A stretch of DNA of 52,623 nucleotides, taken from the IMG/VR virus record IMGVR_UViG_3300042923_001758, positions 1 through 52,623 of that record, one strand, 5' to 3'. Below the pieces are notes generated by a model. The model did not search any database. It saw nothing but the letters and a program-made list of their open reading frames with translations, and was not told the DNA's origin. Below are positions 27,177 to 36,462 of this stretch, in pieces (position 1 is the stretch's first letter; each line of letters begins with the position of its first letter). The translations under genes were made by a program, and so were the position numbers. Source of the DNA: a virus (taxonomy: Duplodnaviria; Caudoviricetes).

Positions 27177-29069
27177 TTAAGCCCCTCCTTTTGCTCTGCG
27201 TTCTCTTTGCTGTAATCTATATAATTTCTCGGCTACCTTATTAACGTCTGCCTCCTCACGGACTACAAGACTATCAACATGTACTGTCAAGTTACCGCCT
27301 CCCTCACGCGGCATATAGCGCGCCACAGCCTCCGCGAAAGGTGCCATCTTACGACGGTTTTGTAATGGTACGATACCCTCAGCTCCTGCCTCTCCCGCGC
27401 CTATAAGAGTTGAATTATCCAAAATACCCCCGCTCGCATTCCATTGTACGTTAACTTTTGGAAGCCCTTTACTCGCCCACTCTGTAGGATTAAGCGAACC
27501 CGAGTAACTAAATCTAGGAAGTCTTACGCTAGTAAACATACTAGAAAAAGCACTCCTAATTTTGCTCGTGATACCACTTACTGTATCCCATATACCGCGT
27601 ACCTTTGAGATAATACCGTTAATAACGCCTGACACTATCGAGCTGATCCCGTTCCATACACTTGAAAAGGTACTCTTAATGCCGTTAAGAACCTCCCCTG
27701 TCTTGCTCCTAATGTTCGTTATAGCACTCACCATACCATTAATAACGGGCTTGATTACACTGTTATAAATCCAATTCCAAGCTGCTTGAAAAACGGCCTT
27801 TACGGCGTTGATTATCGTAGTTACTACCGAGAGATAAAGCTTGATATATGCTATAATAAGATTAATTACGGGCTTAATAGCGTTGTTATAAACCCAATCC
27901 CATGCGGACTTACAAGCCTTTGCTATCTTGTCCCACACCTTAAGCATGAACACTTTAACCTCGTCCCAATTTTTAATTAAGAGATAACCAATAGCGATTA
28001 ACGCCCCGATTGCAAGGATAATAAGCGTGATTGGAGAAGTAAGGAATGCCATAACTGTTCCGAAAGTTGCTGACGCTGTAGTCGCTATAGTTGTCCATGA
28101 TGTGAATAGCTTTTCTGAAATAGCAGCCCATTTCATTTGTACGGCGAAAATACCTATAGCGATACTAAGAGTTCCAAGCATTATCCCGATAGCAGTAATC
28201 ACGTCTTTGTGTTCATTAAAAAATTGGCTTGAGTGCTTAACAAGTTTTACAACGTCCCCAAAGCCTCTCGCGAGTCCCTCGAGTGCAGGGATACCTTTTT
28301 CCTTAAAAGTATCTAAAAGATCTTTTGCGATTGGCAAAAGAACCTTGCCAATATTCTCCTGTATCTCCTCAACGCGAGCCTTCACAGCTTTGAGAGTATT
28401 CGCGTAACCATCTGCGGAACGTTCAGCATCTCCCTGTGCATTGGCAGTCTGCTTTACCATAACCTTATACCTAACTTGCGCCTTTGTTGCCTCGTCAAGC
28501 TCGTTCCATTTCTTTTTAATCCCCATTTCGTGCATAGCCTCGGCAAGTGTCGCCTCATTAATAGCAATACCGAGCTTTTTAGCTGCGTCGTGTTCACCGA
28601 GAAGTGCCGACTGCATAGCAGCTATGGCCTCGTCATCCTGCAAGTTATTAAAACTCGCAAGGTCATAGCCGAGCGTTACTACCGATTGAGATAGCGCGCC
28701 CGCTCCTTTCTCTGACATACCAAAGCCGATTAAAAGGTCGCCCATGTTAGATACTGCGCCTTTAATTTCGTTCTTGTTACGCCCGATTGCTTTCCCCAGT
28801 CCTTTCGCCCACTCGTCAATCTGTTTTCCTGTGGACTTAAATACAATGTTGAATTTATTCTCCATTTCCTCAACGCCGCTCGCCATTGTTAGGCAGCTTA
28901 CGCCGAAGTCTTTAATTTTATCTAGCGCGAAAGCTCCCGCCACGATCCCGCCGATTTTCTTTAATGAGGAAGTTAGTCCCTCCGTTGAGCCCTTTACTTG
29001 TGACATTCCTTTTTTGAGGCCGCCAGTATCTAGATCGACTTTAACCGCCACCTCTGACAAATACGCCAT
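27177..29069 (-). CDS. Tail tape measure protein (short, 630 aa)
   Basis: Ala/Gly-rich helical repeats, W-periodic C-terminal region, 'GAGEAGAEGIVPL'. Confidence 0.9.
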   Translation of the reverse strand: MAYLSEVAVKVDLDTGGLKKGMSQVKGSTEGLTSSLKKIGGIVAGAFALDKIKDFGVSCLTMASGVEEMENKFNIVFKSTGKQIDEWAKGLGKAIGRNKNEIKGAVSNMGDLLIGFGMSEKGAGALSQSVVTLGYDLASFNNLQDDEAIAAMQSALLGEHDAAKKLGIAINEATLAEAMHEMGIKKKWNELDEATKAQVRYKVMVKQTANAQGDAERSADGYANTLKAVKARVEEIQENIGKVLLPIAKDLLDTFKEKGIPALEGLARGFGDVVKLVKHSSQFFNEHKDVITAIGIMLGTLSIAIGIFAVQMKWAAISEKLFTSWTTIATTASATFGTVMAFLTSPITLIILAIGALIAIGYLLIKNWDEVKVFMLKVWDKIAKACKSAWDWVYNNAIKPVINLIIAYIKLYLSVVTTIINAVKAVFQAAWNWIYNSVIKPVINGMVSAITNIRSKTGEVLNGIKSTFSSVWNGISSIVSGVINGIISKVRGIWDTVSGITSKIRSAFSSMFTSVRLPRFSYSGSLNPTEWASKGLPKVNVQWNASGGILDNSTLIGAGEAGAEGIVPLQNRRKMAPFAEAVARYMPREGGGNLTVHVDSLVVREEADVNKVAEKLYRLQQRERRAKGGA

Positions 29070-29114
29070 TTTTAGCCCCCCCTTTATAGTAAAAAAGCCG
29101 ATAGGTTTAGCTTC

Positions 29115-29464
29115 CTATCGGTCTGTAAGTTTAAATATGTCTTTTAATCTATCTTGTTCTGCCTCATGCTGTTCAATAGTCATTTTGGTTGCCTCTTTAG
29201 CGTTGCCTTGACTATCTAAGGCGTACTTGCTTGTGTAGAGCTTGTCGGGCTTTATAGGACGTTTATAGTTGCCCGAGCTATTCATTATTAGGGAAGTAAA
29301 CCACGAAGTCCGTACCATTTCTAAATCAAGTAAATCGTCCTGTACCTCAAGAGTCGCCTCTATCATATCCGCGAACTCATGTAAGGTTAGGTTGAATAAA
29401 ACGTCGGGAGTGAGCTTTAATAAACCGTACCCGTATTTTTTTATCTCGCTCCAACCTAAAGTGA
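29115..29464 (-). CDS. Tail assembly chaperone, C-terminal (-1 frameshift) part
   Basis: The frame of ORF 29115..29366 is open back to the slippery site: VVTLGWSEIKKYGYGLLKLTPDVLFNLTLHEFADMIEA... Confidence 0.75.
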
Positions 29465-29749
29465 CTACTTTTTTCCCTTATCTCCGAACGCTTTAGCGAT
29501 TGCATCCGTTACCTCTTGTAAATTATCCATATCTACCATATCGCCGATCATTTCGAGAGTAAGATCCTTATCCTCATGAACTAACCCCGCCCATAAAATT
29601 GATCGTATGTCAGAAATTTTCGCATTGTCTTGTAGGCTCTGGACGTTAACTCCAATTTCCTCAAGTTTTACAAGAGAATTAAGGTTGAATTTTAATACTC
29701 TCTCTTTATCTAAGGTGATTTTGATTTCTCCTCTTTGTTTGTTAGCCAT
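29465..29749 (-). CDS. Tail assembly chaperone
   Basis: Between major tail and TMP; 'LKFNLNSL...ILWAGL'; ends in GGGAAAAAAG. Confidence 0.8.
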   Translation of the reverse strand: MANKQRGEIKITLDKERVLKFNLNSLVKLEEIGVNVQSLQDNAKISDIRSILWAGLVHEDKDLTLEMIGDMVDMDNLQEVTDAIAKAFGDKGKK

Positions 29750-29785
29750 ATTGACTTCCCCCTTTAGTTTTTAGTAGTTTTATAA

Positions 29786-30217
29786 TTACGCCTCTATACC
29801 TTTAGCCCTATTTAAAGGAGACGCTCCCGCGACTGATAGCGAATATGTCACGCAGTTGTCCTGTGGCATTTCGATAGGGAAGTCTGTTATAAATCCCTCA
29901 CCGCTTAATGTGTAGCCGTTTGCGTCGTCTGTTGCTCCGACTCTTACCTCCACCTTTACTTTTTTGTTATCCTCGAATGCTGTTTCGATTGCCTCAATTC
30001 CTGCGTCTCCAAGAATTACAAAACCGTCAAAGTCGATAGACCATTCTTTAAGACTTGTTACGATTTCAACCCATCCGCCACTCTGTTTGTTAGTAACGTC
30101 TATAGTTGACGCTGATCTATTCATAGTTGCACCTGTCTGACCGCCTACTACCATATAAACTCCTGTTGTCGTTTCAACCTTTACAAGTACGTCTACTCCT
30201 GCAACTTTATTAGACAT
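29786..30217 (-). CDS. Major tail protein (TP901-1-like)
   Basis: 'GVDVLV', 'GGQTGATMNRS..TIDVT.K', 'KEWSIDFDG', 'TYSLS..G'. Confidence 0.85.
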   Translation of the reverse strand: MSNKVAGVDVLVKVETTTGVYMVVGGQTGATMNRSASTIDVTNKQSGGWVEIVTSLKEWSIDFDGFVILGDAGIEAIETAFEDNKKVKVEVRVGATDDANGYTLSGEGFITDFPIEMPQDNCVTYSLSVAGASPLNRAKGIEA

Positions 30218-30242
30218 TTTCAAATTCCCCCTTATCGTGTGT

Positions 30243-30599
30243 TTAGCCTATGAGTAACCTTACATTTATTGAAAATAGAGAGCGGTTATTCTCGTCCGTC
30301 CCTACATATTGAGGTTCTGACTGCTGCGCCTCTGATAGAACGAGCTGCTTATCTCCTATCATGCTATTAGTGCGTCTATCAAGAAACGTGATTAGGTTTC
30401 CCGCTAATCTCTCCGCCTCTTGTGCTTGCAGAGCTCTTACGTAAATCTGTACATAAGCGGAGGATACCGTCCCTCTCGGCGCTGTACCTCCCGTTATCTC
30501 CGCGATTATGCAAGTATCGGGAGCGTCCGTAGGAAATTTCAGCGGGTAAACTCTCGCTGCTGTATTTGCTTTTAAGAACCTTACAAAATCCATTAACAC
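30243..30599 (-). CDS. Tail terminator / head-tail joining protein
   Basis: Position; 'QIYVRA', 'PQYVGTDENNRSLFSIN'. Confidence 0.7.
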   Translation of the reverse strand: MLMDFVRFLKANTAARVYPLKFPTDAPDTCIIAEITGGTAPRGTVSSAYVQIYVRALQAQEAERLAGNLITFLDRRTNSMIGDKQLVLSEAQQSEPQYVGTDENNRSLFSINVRLLIG

Positions 30600-30611
30600 G
30601 ACTTTCCCCTC

Positions 30612-31034
30612 CTACTTGCCTCTAAATTTGTCCGTTACCTTTTTAATCACTTTGCTCACATGCTCCGTATAGGCTCTATGCTCGCCATCTATAACACGTG
30701 TTAAGAATTTGTTACCCACCTTATAGCTCTTGCCCGACATACCTCTGACCGAGCCTTTTTGTAGCGAGCTTTTACCGAGCTTGTACGTTCCCTCGTGCAT
30801 ATATGAGGCGTAATTAAAACCGTTCTCTTTGACGATATACTTTACCGTTCCCGCGTATCTGCCCCCAACTTTTTTAACCTCTTTGTCATAGCTGCCCTGC
30901 AAAACCCCTCTATCTATTGGTGCAGCTCCCGAAGAAGTACGAGCAAGGTCGTTTACTACGTCCTGCATAGCGGATTGTAGTGCTCTGTCGAGCTCTGCTA
31001 GGAACTGTTTAGAGTTGTCCTTGTGCTTACTCAT
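30612..31034 (-). CDS. HK97 gp10-like neck protein
   Basis: 'APIDRGVLQGS', 'YASYMHEG', 'KFL'. Confidence 0.75.
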   Translation of the reverse strand: MSKHKDNSKQFLAELDRALQSAMQDVVNDLARTSSGAAPIDRGVLQGSYDKEVKKVGGRYAGTVKYIVKENGFNYASYMHEGTYKLGKSSLQKGSVRGMSGKSYKVGNKFLTRVIDGEHRAYTEHVSKVIKKVTDKFRGK

Positions 31035-31037
31035 GCC

Positions 31038-31367
31038 CTAAACCTCCAATACTGTAAAAAGTACGTTTCCGCCTAAGTCCTCGCGTAGTATAATATTGAG
31101 CGGTTTAAGTGCTCGGATATTACCGAGCCTGTCCGTAAATTTAACGGTATCAGAATAGGAGACATTAACTAGCCCCTGTAAAATCACTTTTGCCGAGATG
31201 ACTATTTCATTACCCTTTGCTCCGCTTATTACTTGATTACGGATTGAGTAGTCAATACGCGCTTTATACTCTATCTCCGTGCCGTTTGATGTGTGCTCTC
31301 CCCATTCATCAAGTCCCGAATTACTGATAATAGTTACTAGGTTATTCATAGGGATAAAGCCCATCAT
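31038..31367 (-). CDS. Head closure protein
   Basis: Position; 'LDEWGE', beta-rich. Confidence 0.65.
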   Translation of the reverse strand: MMGFIPMNNLVTIISNSGLDEWGEHTSNGTEIEYKARIDYSIRNQVISGAKGNEIVISAKVILQGLVNVSYSDTVKFTDRLGNIRALKPLNIILREDLGGNVLFTVLEV

Positions 31368-31786
31368 TAGCGCCCCCTCCTTATGCCCGTTCTGTTAGTA
31401 TCTAATAGAGTTAAACCGTAAGAGCCGACTCGTCTTTTGATAAGAGCTCTCGGGTCTTTAGGATTAATTCCTTTTGACTTTAGGATTAAAGGAGCGATTG
31501 TCCTTTCGATATCCTCAAGCTGAACCGATATGCCCTCGACACTTAAGGAACTGACTCCCTGCTCGGAGCGTTCTACCATATCGTCTAGTTTTAACATCCA
31601 AAGCGCTTGATTTGCGATATCTTCCGTAGGAACCTCGCTAGAGTAATAATCTGAAAGTAATATTTTGAGTAGTCTATCCGCGTTATTAACTGTCTTTATG
31701 CGAGTGGCACTGTCCGCGTTATCCCATGCCTCCGAACGAAGAATATTCTCTGTGATATATTGAGAAACGTCGTTTACGTTAATCAT
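31367..31786 (-). CDS. Head-tail adaptor
   Basis: Position; 'QGVSSLSVEGISV'. Confidence 0.65.
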   Translation of the reverse strand: MINVNDVSQYITENILRSEAWDNADSATRIKTVNNADRLLKILLSDYYSSEVPTEDIANQALWMLKLDDMVERSEQGVSSLSVEGISVQLEDIERTIAPLILKSKGINPKDPRALIKRRVGSYGLTLLDTNRTGIRRGR

Positions 31787-32012
31787 TTTTTAGCGCCCCC
31801 ATTTTAGAGGTTGACTTTTTAGAAGGAGTCTTTTTCGGAGTTTCCTTACCATCTACGTTCCCCCCTGTTATTTCCTCTATTTTATAACCGAGCTCCTCGG
31901 CGATCCGCTTACCAAGCACTAAGTCCTCGAAAGTACCCACGCCGTTATAAAACCTTATCCCTGCTCTAAACCCGTTAAAGTTAGGGTTAGAAACCTTTAT
32001 TTTTATTGCCAT
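31779..32012 (-). CDS. Small head-associated hypothetical protein
   Basis: 77 aa after MCP; 'GIRFYNGVG', Lys-rich tail. Confidence 0.65.
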   Translation of the reverse strand: MAIKIKVSNPNFNGFRAGIRFYNGVGTFEDLVLGKRIAEELGYKIEEITGGNVDGKETPKKTPSKKSTSKMGALKND

Positions 32013-32041
32013 CCGTAGACCTCCTCTCCGTTTTGGTTAAT

Positions 32042-32073
32042 AAAAAAGGGACGGGAGAAAAGCTCCCCTCCCT
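32042..32073 (-). terminator. Terminator after major capsid gene
   Basis: Minus strand AGGGAGGGGAGCTTTTCTCCCGTCCCTTTTTT. Confidence 0.7.
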
Positions 32074-32088
32074 ATCTAAAGAGTCTTA

Positions 32089-32961
32089 TTAAGCAGCTAC
32101 AATACCGTTTAATACTGCTGCTGTTTTAGGATTGAATACCGCCATACCGCAGTACCATTCGATACGTGTTCTTAATACAGGCATAGAGTCGATTTCGCCG
32201 AGGTCTCTAACTGAAAGAGAACCATTTTCGAGACCACAAACCGCGTCAAGAACGCCTGTTTTAACCGCATAGATTTTGCCTGCTGGTAAGATTGAGTCGT
32301 CAATAACTCTGATTTGAGCTCCTCCGTATCCTGAGACTGGTCTACCGAACGCGTCTTGTCCTTGTTCGATATAATGTTGACTACTCTGTAATAATTTTGT
32401 TACTAAACGCCTTGTAGCTTTACCCATGAATAAGAACTCTGCTCCGCCGTCTACTGCGTCGATAAGAGCGTTTAAATCATCAAGAAGTAATTTCCCGCCC
32501 GCGTCTTGCACGCTGATTTCTTGAGCTGTTCCTGCAAGTCTAACCTTAAGACCGTCGAACTCATTAGCTTGTCCTTCCAATGAATTATCTCCATTGAAGA
32601 ATTTATCTGCGTAAGTGTTAGCGACTGCTTTCGCTTTTAATTGCACTTGAATAGCTCTAATGTCGTTTACATTTGAACGAGTTTGAACAATAAATTTATC
32701 TACGTCAACGTCTCCACCAAGAATAACGAGCCCCTCTACTTTTTGTTCTGCTGCTCCTGCTCCTGCTGTGTAACCGCTGTTTACTGCTCTAAATTCAACG
32801 TTTGGAAGTGCTGTTTCAACGTTGTATTTGTAAGCGTTGCCCTCTATTGTCATAAAAGGAAGAACCTCGATAACCGCGTTTTCTTTAGCCATTGTTTCGA
32901 TAACGCCAGCTTGTAACATATCTGTTGAATACTTGCTTGCCTCTAATAATGTTAATGACAT
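32089..32961 (-). CDS. Major capsid protein
   Basis: 'LTLLEA', 'LPF..IEGNAYKYN.E..LP.V.FRAVN', 'EFDGL..RL', 'RTRIEWYCG.AV'. Confidence 0.9.
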   Translation of the reverse strand: MSLTLLEASKYSTDMLQAGVIETMAKENAVIEVLPFMTIEGNAYKYNVETALPNVEFRAVNSGYTAGAGAAEQKVEGLVILGGDVDVDKFIVQTRSNVNDIRAIQVQLKAKAVANTYADKFFNGDNSLEGQANEFDGLKVRLAGTAQEISVQDAGGKLLLDDLNALIDAVDGGAEFLFMGKATRRLVTKLLQSSQHYIEQGQDAFGRPVSGYGGAQIRVIDDSILPAGKIYAVKTGVLDAVCGLENGSLSVRDLGEIDSMPVLRTRIEWYCGMAVFNPKTAAVLNGIVAA

Positions 32962-32990
32962 TTTAAAGTCCCCCTGTTTGGATTAGTTTT

Positions 32991-33593
32991 TTATTGTTTT
33001 TTCTTCGTGGAGTTGAAAGCGAATAATAATTTTTCTTTAGCTGATAGAGCGTTAACGTCGATATTAGGAGCCCCAAAATTCATTGGCTTTCCGATTTCTA
33101 CTGTTCCAGTAGCTTTCTTAAATAGCCCTTTTGACTCTGCTTTATTAATCCACGCCAATTTCTCCTCCGCCGACATCCCATCGGGTATTAACTCCTTGAA
33201 CTCGTCGGGAACGTCTTTTAATTTATTTTCAATGAGCTCATTAACTACTGTTTCTAGGTGTTTTGCGCGTTCCTCCGCTTGTGTTGACTTTGATTTGTAG
33301 CCGTCGATTTCTTTTGAAGTCTCTTTATAGAGCTTCTCAAACTCTCCGAGCTCCTCGGCTTTTTTCTTTTCCGTCTCTTGTTTGACCTTTTCAAACTCGG
33401 CTACTTTGTCCGCTAAATCCTTATACTTTTTATTGATTTCATCAAAGCGGGTTTTAGGTATCATAATCTCTTGAACCTTACTTTCGTTTAGTTCTCCGTC
33501 TGTTGGCGTTCCGTCACCCGCAGCCTTTAAATCAACGCTTGGACTCATTTCCTCCGCCATTTCGTACATGAATGTATTAAAAGTCTCGTTCAT
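32991..33593 (-). CDS. Capsid scaffolding protein
   Basis: 'IPKTRFDEIN' plus coiled coil, directly upstream of MCP. Confidence 0.8.
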   Translation of the reverse strand: MNETFNTFMYEMAEEMSPSVDLKAAGDGTPTDGELNESKVQEIMIPKTRFDEINKKYKDLADKVAEFEKVKQETEKKKAEELGEFEKLYKETSKEIDGYKSKSTQAEERAKHLETVVNELIENKLKDVPDEFKELIPDGMSAEEKLAWINKAESKGLFKKATGTVEIGKPMNFGAPNIDVNALSAKEKLLFAFNSTKKKQ

Positions 33594-33673
33594 TGAATGT
33601 CCTCCTTGTTCGTTTTTTACGAGCTACGCCTCGCAGGATTTAAAAAACCTATAGATTGGTGGTCTATAGGTCT

Positions 33674-33711
33674 CCCATATATAAGGTCGTAAACTATCCC
33701 CGTAATACAAG
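33674..33711 (-). promoter_or_regulatory. Candidate late promoter (scaffold/MCP operon)
   Basis: Minus strand CTTGTATT-N18-CTTATATATGG, followed by ACCTATAGA/TCTATAGGT hairpin and T-run. Confidence 0.6.
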
Positions 33712-33808
33712 TTGGAGTATAAAAAACTTTAGAAAATAAAAAAATCCCAAGCCTTTACGCTCGGGATAATTCGTTTTTTAGTTTCAAATTTTTCTTTAAA
33801 GTATTTAC

Positions 33809-33916
33809 CTACTCAAGATCTAATACAGGTAATTCCCACATACAGCTAAACGGCCACGTTTCAAAATCTGAACTCTCTATATAGTACATGCAGTCGATAC
33901 AATTTCCATCACACAT
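33809..33916 (-). CDS. Unannotated 35-aa Cys-rich acidic peptide
   Basis: MCDGNCIDCMYYIESSDFETWPFSCMWELPVLDLE; GGAGG 11 nt upstream; terminator downstream at about 33738-33768. Confidence 0.5.
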   Translation of the reverse strand: MCDGNCIDCMYYIESSDFETWPFSCMWELPVLDLE

Positions 33917-33958
33917 AAAATACCATGCCTCCTTTTTTTGGAAGTATGGCCTAGAGTA

Positions 33959-34876
33959 TTAATTTCTATTCTCAAAATAGCCTCTAGCCTGTTCATCTTT
34001 TTCTCGTACAGATTTAGGCAAGAACTCAACGTCTCTAAATGAGTGCACGATATGCCTACAATTAGGATGGAATATCTCGCCTGTAGCTTTTACTTGTTCG
34101 TAAGTCGGGTATCCTTTAGTCCCACCATTAAGCGAGATAATCATACCCTCGTACTTTCCGCATGAGTCGTCAGCGTTATGCGTTGATATTATCGCTAGGT
34201 CGTAACCGCTCTCTTGTGCTTCATATCGCAAACCCTCTGTATGTGCTTGAACGAGTTTAGTACGAACTACCATATCACTATAATTGGAGAGCTGCCACTT
34301 ACGCCCCGCCTTATCTATGATACCAACAAAGCCCTGTTCTTTAAGAGATTTCGAGAGCCCTTTCGAGGATAGCTCTGCCTCAATTATTTTTCCTATAGTC
34401 CTGCGACCATCCTCTCTTAATGCGCCGTACTGGATGGACTTTCCGACTGTATCTCTTACGAGCTTTTTTAAATGCCTTGAGGTATTTTGCGTTGCAAAAA
34501 GGAGGTCGTCGTAAGTATCTGATATTAGAGCCTCAATCTTGTTTACTTTAAAAGATGAGGAGGCAATATTTTTAACCGCCTCACTTAAACTTGCATAAGC
34601 TCCGATACTCGCTAGGTGGTACGCCTGTCCATTTATAAAGGAGTCGGTTAAGCTCTCCTTAATATCTCCCTGTATCATTTTCTCAAGCTCTCCTAGTCTA
34701 GCCTCTATCCTACGGAGTATATAAATCTCCTCCTTTATAGAAGGGTTGTTGGGGTCTAATATAAGCGCCGATATGAGGTAATTATATAAATCTTTATAGC
34801 CCACTCTAAAATGCTCTAGGATTTTATTTACGTCTCTTTTATAGTTTGGTTCGGGGATCAATCTCATATTAGCCAT
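33959..34876 (-). CDS. Phage minor capsid / head morphogenesis protein
   Basis: 'DKAGRKWQL..Y..MVVRT', 'ISTH....C..YEG', 'FHPNCRH'. Confidence 0.85.
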   Translation of the reverse strand: MANMRLIPEPNYKRDVNKILEHFRVGYKDLYNYLISALILDPNNPSIKEEIYILRRIEARLGELEKMIQGDIKESLTDSFINGQAYHLASIGAYASLSEAVKNIASSSFKVNKIEALISDTYDDLLFATQNTSRHLKKLVRDTVGKSIQYGALREDGRRTIGKIIEAELSSKGLSKSLKEQGFVGIIDKAGRKWQLSNYSDMVVRTKLVQAHTEGLRYEAQESGYDLAIISTHNADDSCGKYEGMIISLNGGTKGYPTYEQVKATGEIFHPNCRHIVHSFRDVEFLPKSVREKDEQARGYFENRN

Positions 34877-34888
34877 TTATAACCCTCC

Positions 34889-36451
34889 TTACATTTTCAT
34901 ATTGTCAAGGATTTCTCCCATTCTTTTGAACTTTTCATCTGTCGGATCTTGTGCTGCTGCCTCTGCTGCGATTGTCTCTCCCTGTTCCGCTACGTCGGCG
35001 GTAATCTCCTCATTAAAGATTGACGGGTCTGCAAACATTCCCGCTGCCTCCTGCTCCTCTTTAATACGCTCGATTTCATTATCGGCTTGCTCCTCTGTGA
35101 GCCCGTCCATAATCATAAGAGCTGTCTTTTGACTCATAGTCTGCGAGCCTTTTGTTCTAATCGCCATAATATTAGCTGTCTCTAGCTCGTCTTTTGGGAG
35201 TCCGTCGCCAAAGCGTAGGACAGGGATAGTTATTTCATAATCGGAACGACCGCCTACATTATGCTCTAATAGTTGCGCCACAATAAAGACCTGCTTAAGA
35301 GCTTTTTCGTAATACTGTCTTTTTCTATTGATTTTAGAAAGTAAGCTGTTCATTCTCCACTTTATAGCAAGCCCCGAGGAGCCACTTGTTCCGCTGTCCC
35401 CCTTACCGAGTGCCACTGTGGGGATTTCCGCCATCATAAAAAGCAGCTCTACTAATTTATCAAGTTCTGTAAATGCCTCCTGTAATTGTCCATTCCATGT
35501 TATATACTCAGGCATTACGTCATCCTTACCCATAATCTCAAATACTTTATTAACTGCTACTCTAAAAGTAGGATTTCCATCCTCGTCAGAACCTAATAAC
35601 CCACTAGGAACGGCGAGAGCAGGATCGCTATGCTTATCTAATATCTGTGATATCTGACTGATACGGTTATTGATTTCATCAAATATTGACTTATGCTCTG
35701 AAAGATCGTCTACCCCTTGCCAAGAGTCATCTAGTGAATAGTTTGGAACATGCACAATTAAAGGCATTGGAACGCCTGTTAAAACCGTAGTAAAAGACCC
35801 CTCTACAATTCCCGTAATAGTGAAAGAATCTACGTTACCCTGTGTGTCTGTGGAGATTGGCCTTATAGTATAGCGACCGTATTCGATATGCCCTGAGTAG
35901 TGGCTTTCAACGTCTAACACATATTTACCCCTATCAACTTGAATAGGTACGGCGATATGAAAAGCCTCTATCTTATTCGCGTCGTAAAGGTTAGGCTCGG
36001 GATAAACGTATTCAGCGTTTTGGTTTTCAATAATCGCCCTAAATGGGTCTAGCTCTTCGGGTAGCGCTCCGCCGTAATTTTGCCCCCAACGTATTTTATA
36101 AAACGCGTCTCCTCTGTAGGCGTTAGATAGTGAGCTCTCATAGTTTGTGATATTGAGGTCGTTATCTTTTACGATCCTATCTATCGCTTTTTGCTCGGGT
36201 GAGTCGTCTCTTTTACCCGCTGATACTTGCGCCGACTCTCCATAAAGGAAGTCAGCTGACTTTTTGCAGATAATTGATGGTAAATTGATAGAGACATATA
36301 AAAGATCTGACTCTTTACCCTGTACCTGCTTGTAAATCTCATGGTGCTTGCCAAGGAATAGCTTTTTATTCTCTTTATATCTCGCTACCCTGTCGCTATG
36401 TCCGTCCTGTGTAGGCGGGAAAAATTCACCTAGTTGGAAATATTTACTCAT
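34889..36451 (-). CDS. Portal protein (SPP1/A118-like)
   Basis: After TerL; 'YITWNG', 'SGLAIK', 'EIERIKEE', acidic tail. Confidence 0.88.
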   Translation of the reverse strand: MSKYFQLGEFFPPTQDGHSDRVARYKENKKLFLGKHHEIYKQVQGKESDLLYVSINLPSIICKKSADFLYGESAQVSAGKRDDSPEQKAIDRIVKDNDLNITNYESSLSNAYRGDAFYKIRWGQNYGGALPEELDPFRAIIENQNAEYVYPEPNLYDANKIEAFHIAVPIQVDRGKYVLDVESHYSGHIEYGRYTIRPISTDTQGNVDSFTITGIVEGSFTTVLTGVPMPLIVHVPNYSLDDSWQGVDDLSEHKSIFDEINNRISQISQILDKHSDPALAVPSGLLGSDEDGNPTFRVAVNKVFEIMGKDDVMPEYITWNGQLQEAFTELDKLVELLFMMAEIPTVALGKGDSGTSGSSGLAIKWRMNSLLSKINRKRQYYEKALKQVFIVAQLLEHNVGGRSDYEITIPVLRFGDGLPKDELETANIMAIRTKGSQTMSQKTALMIMDGLTEEQADNEIERIKEEQEAAGMFADPSIFNEEITADVAEQGETIAAEAAAQDPTDEKFKRMGEILDNMKM

Positions 36452-36462
36452 AGATTACCCTC

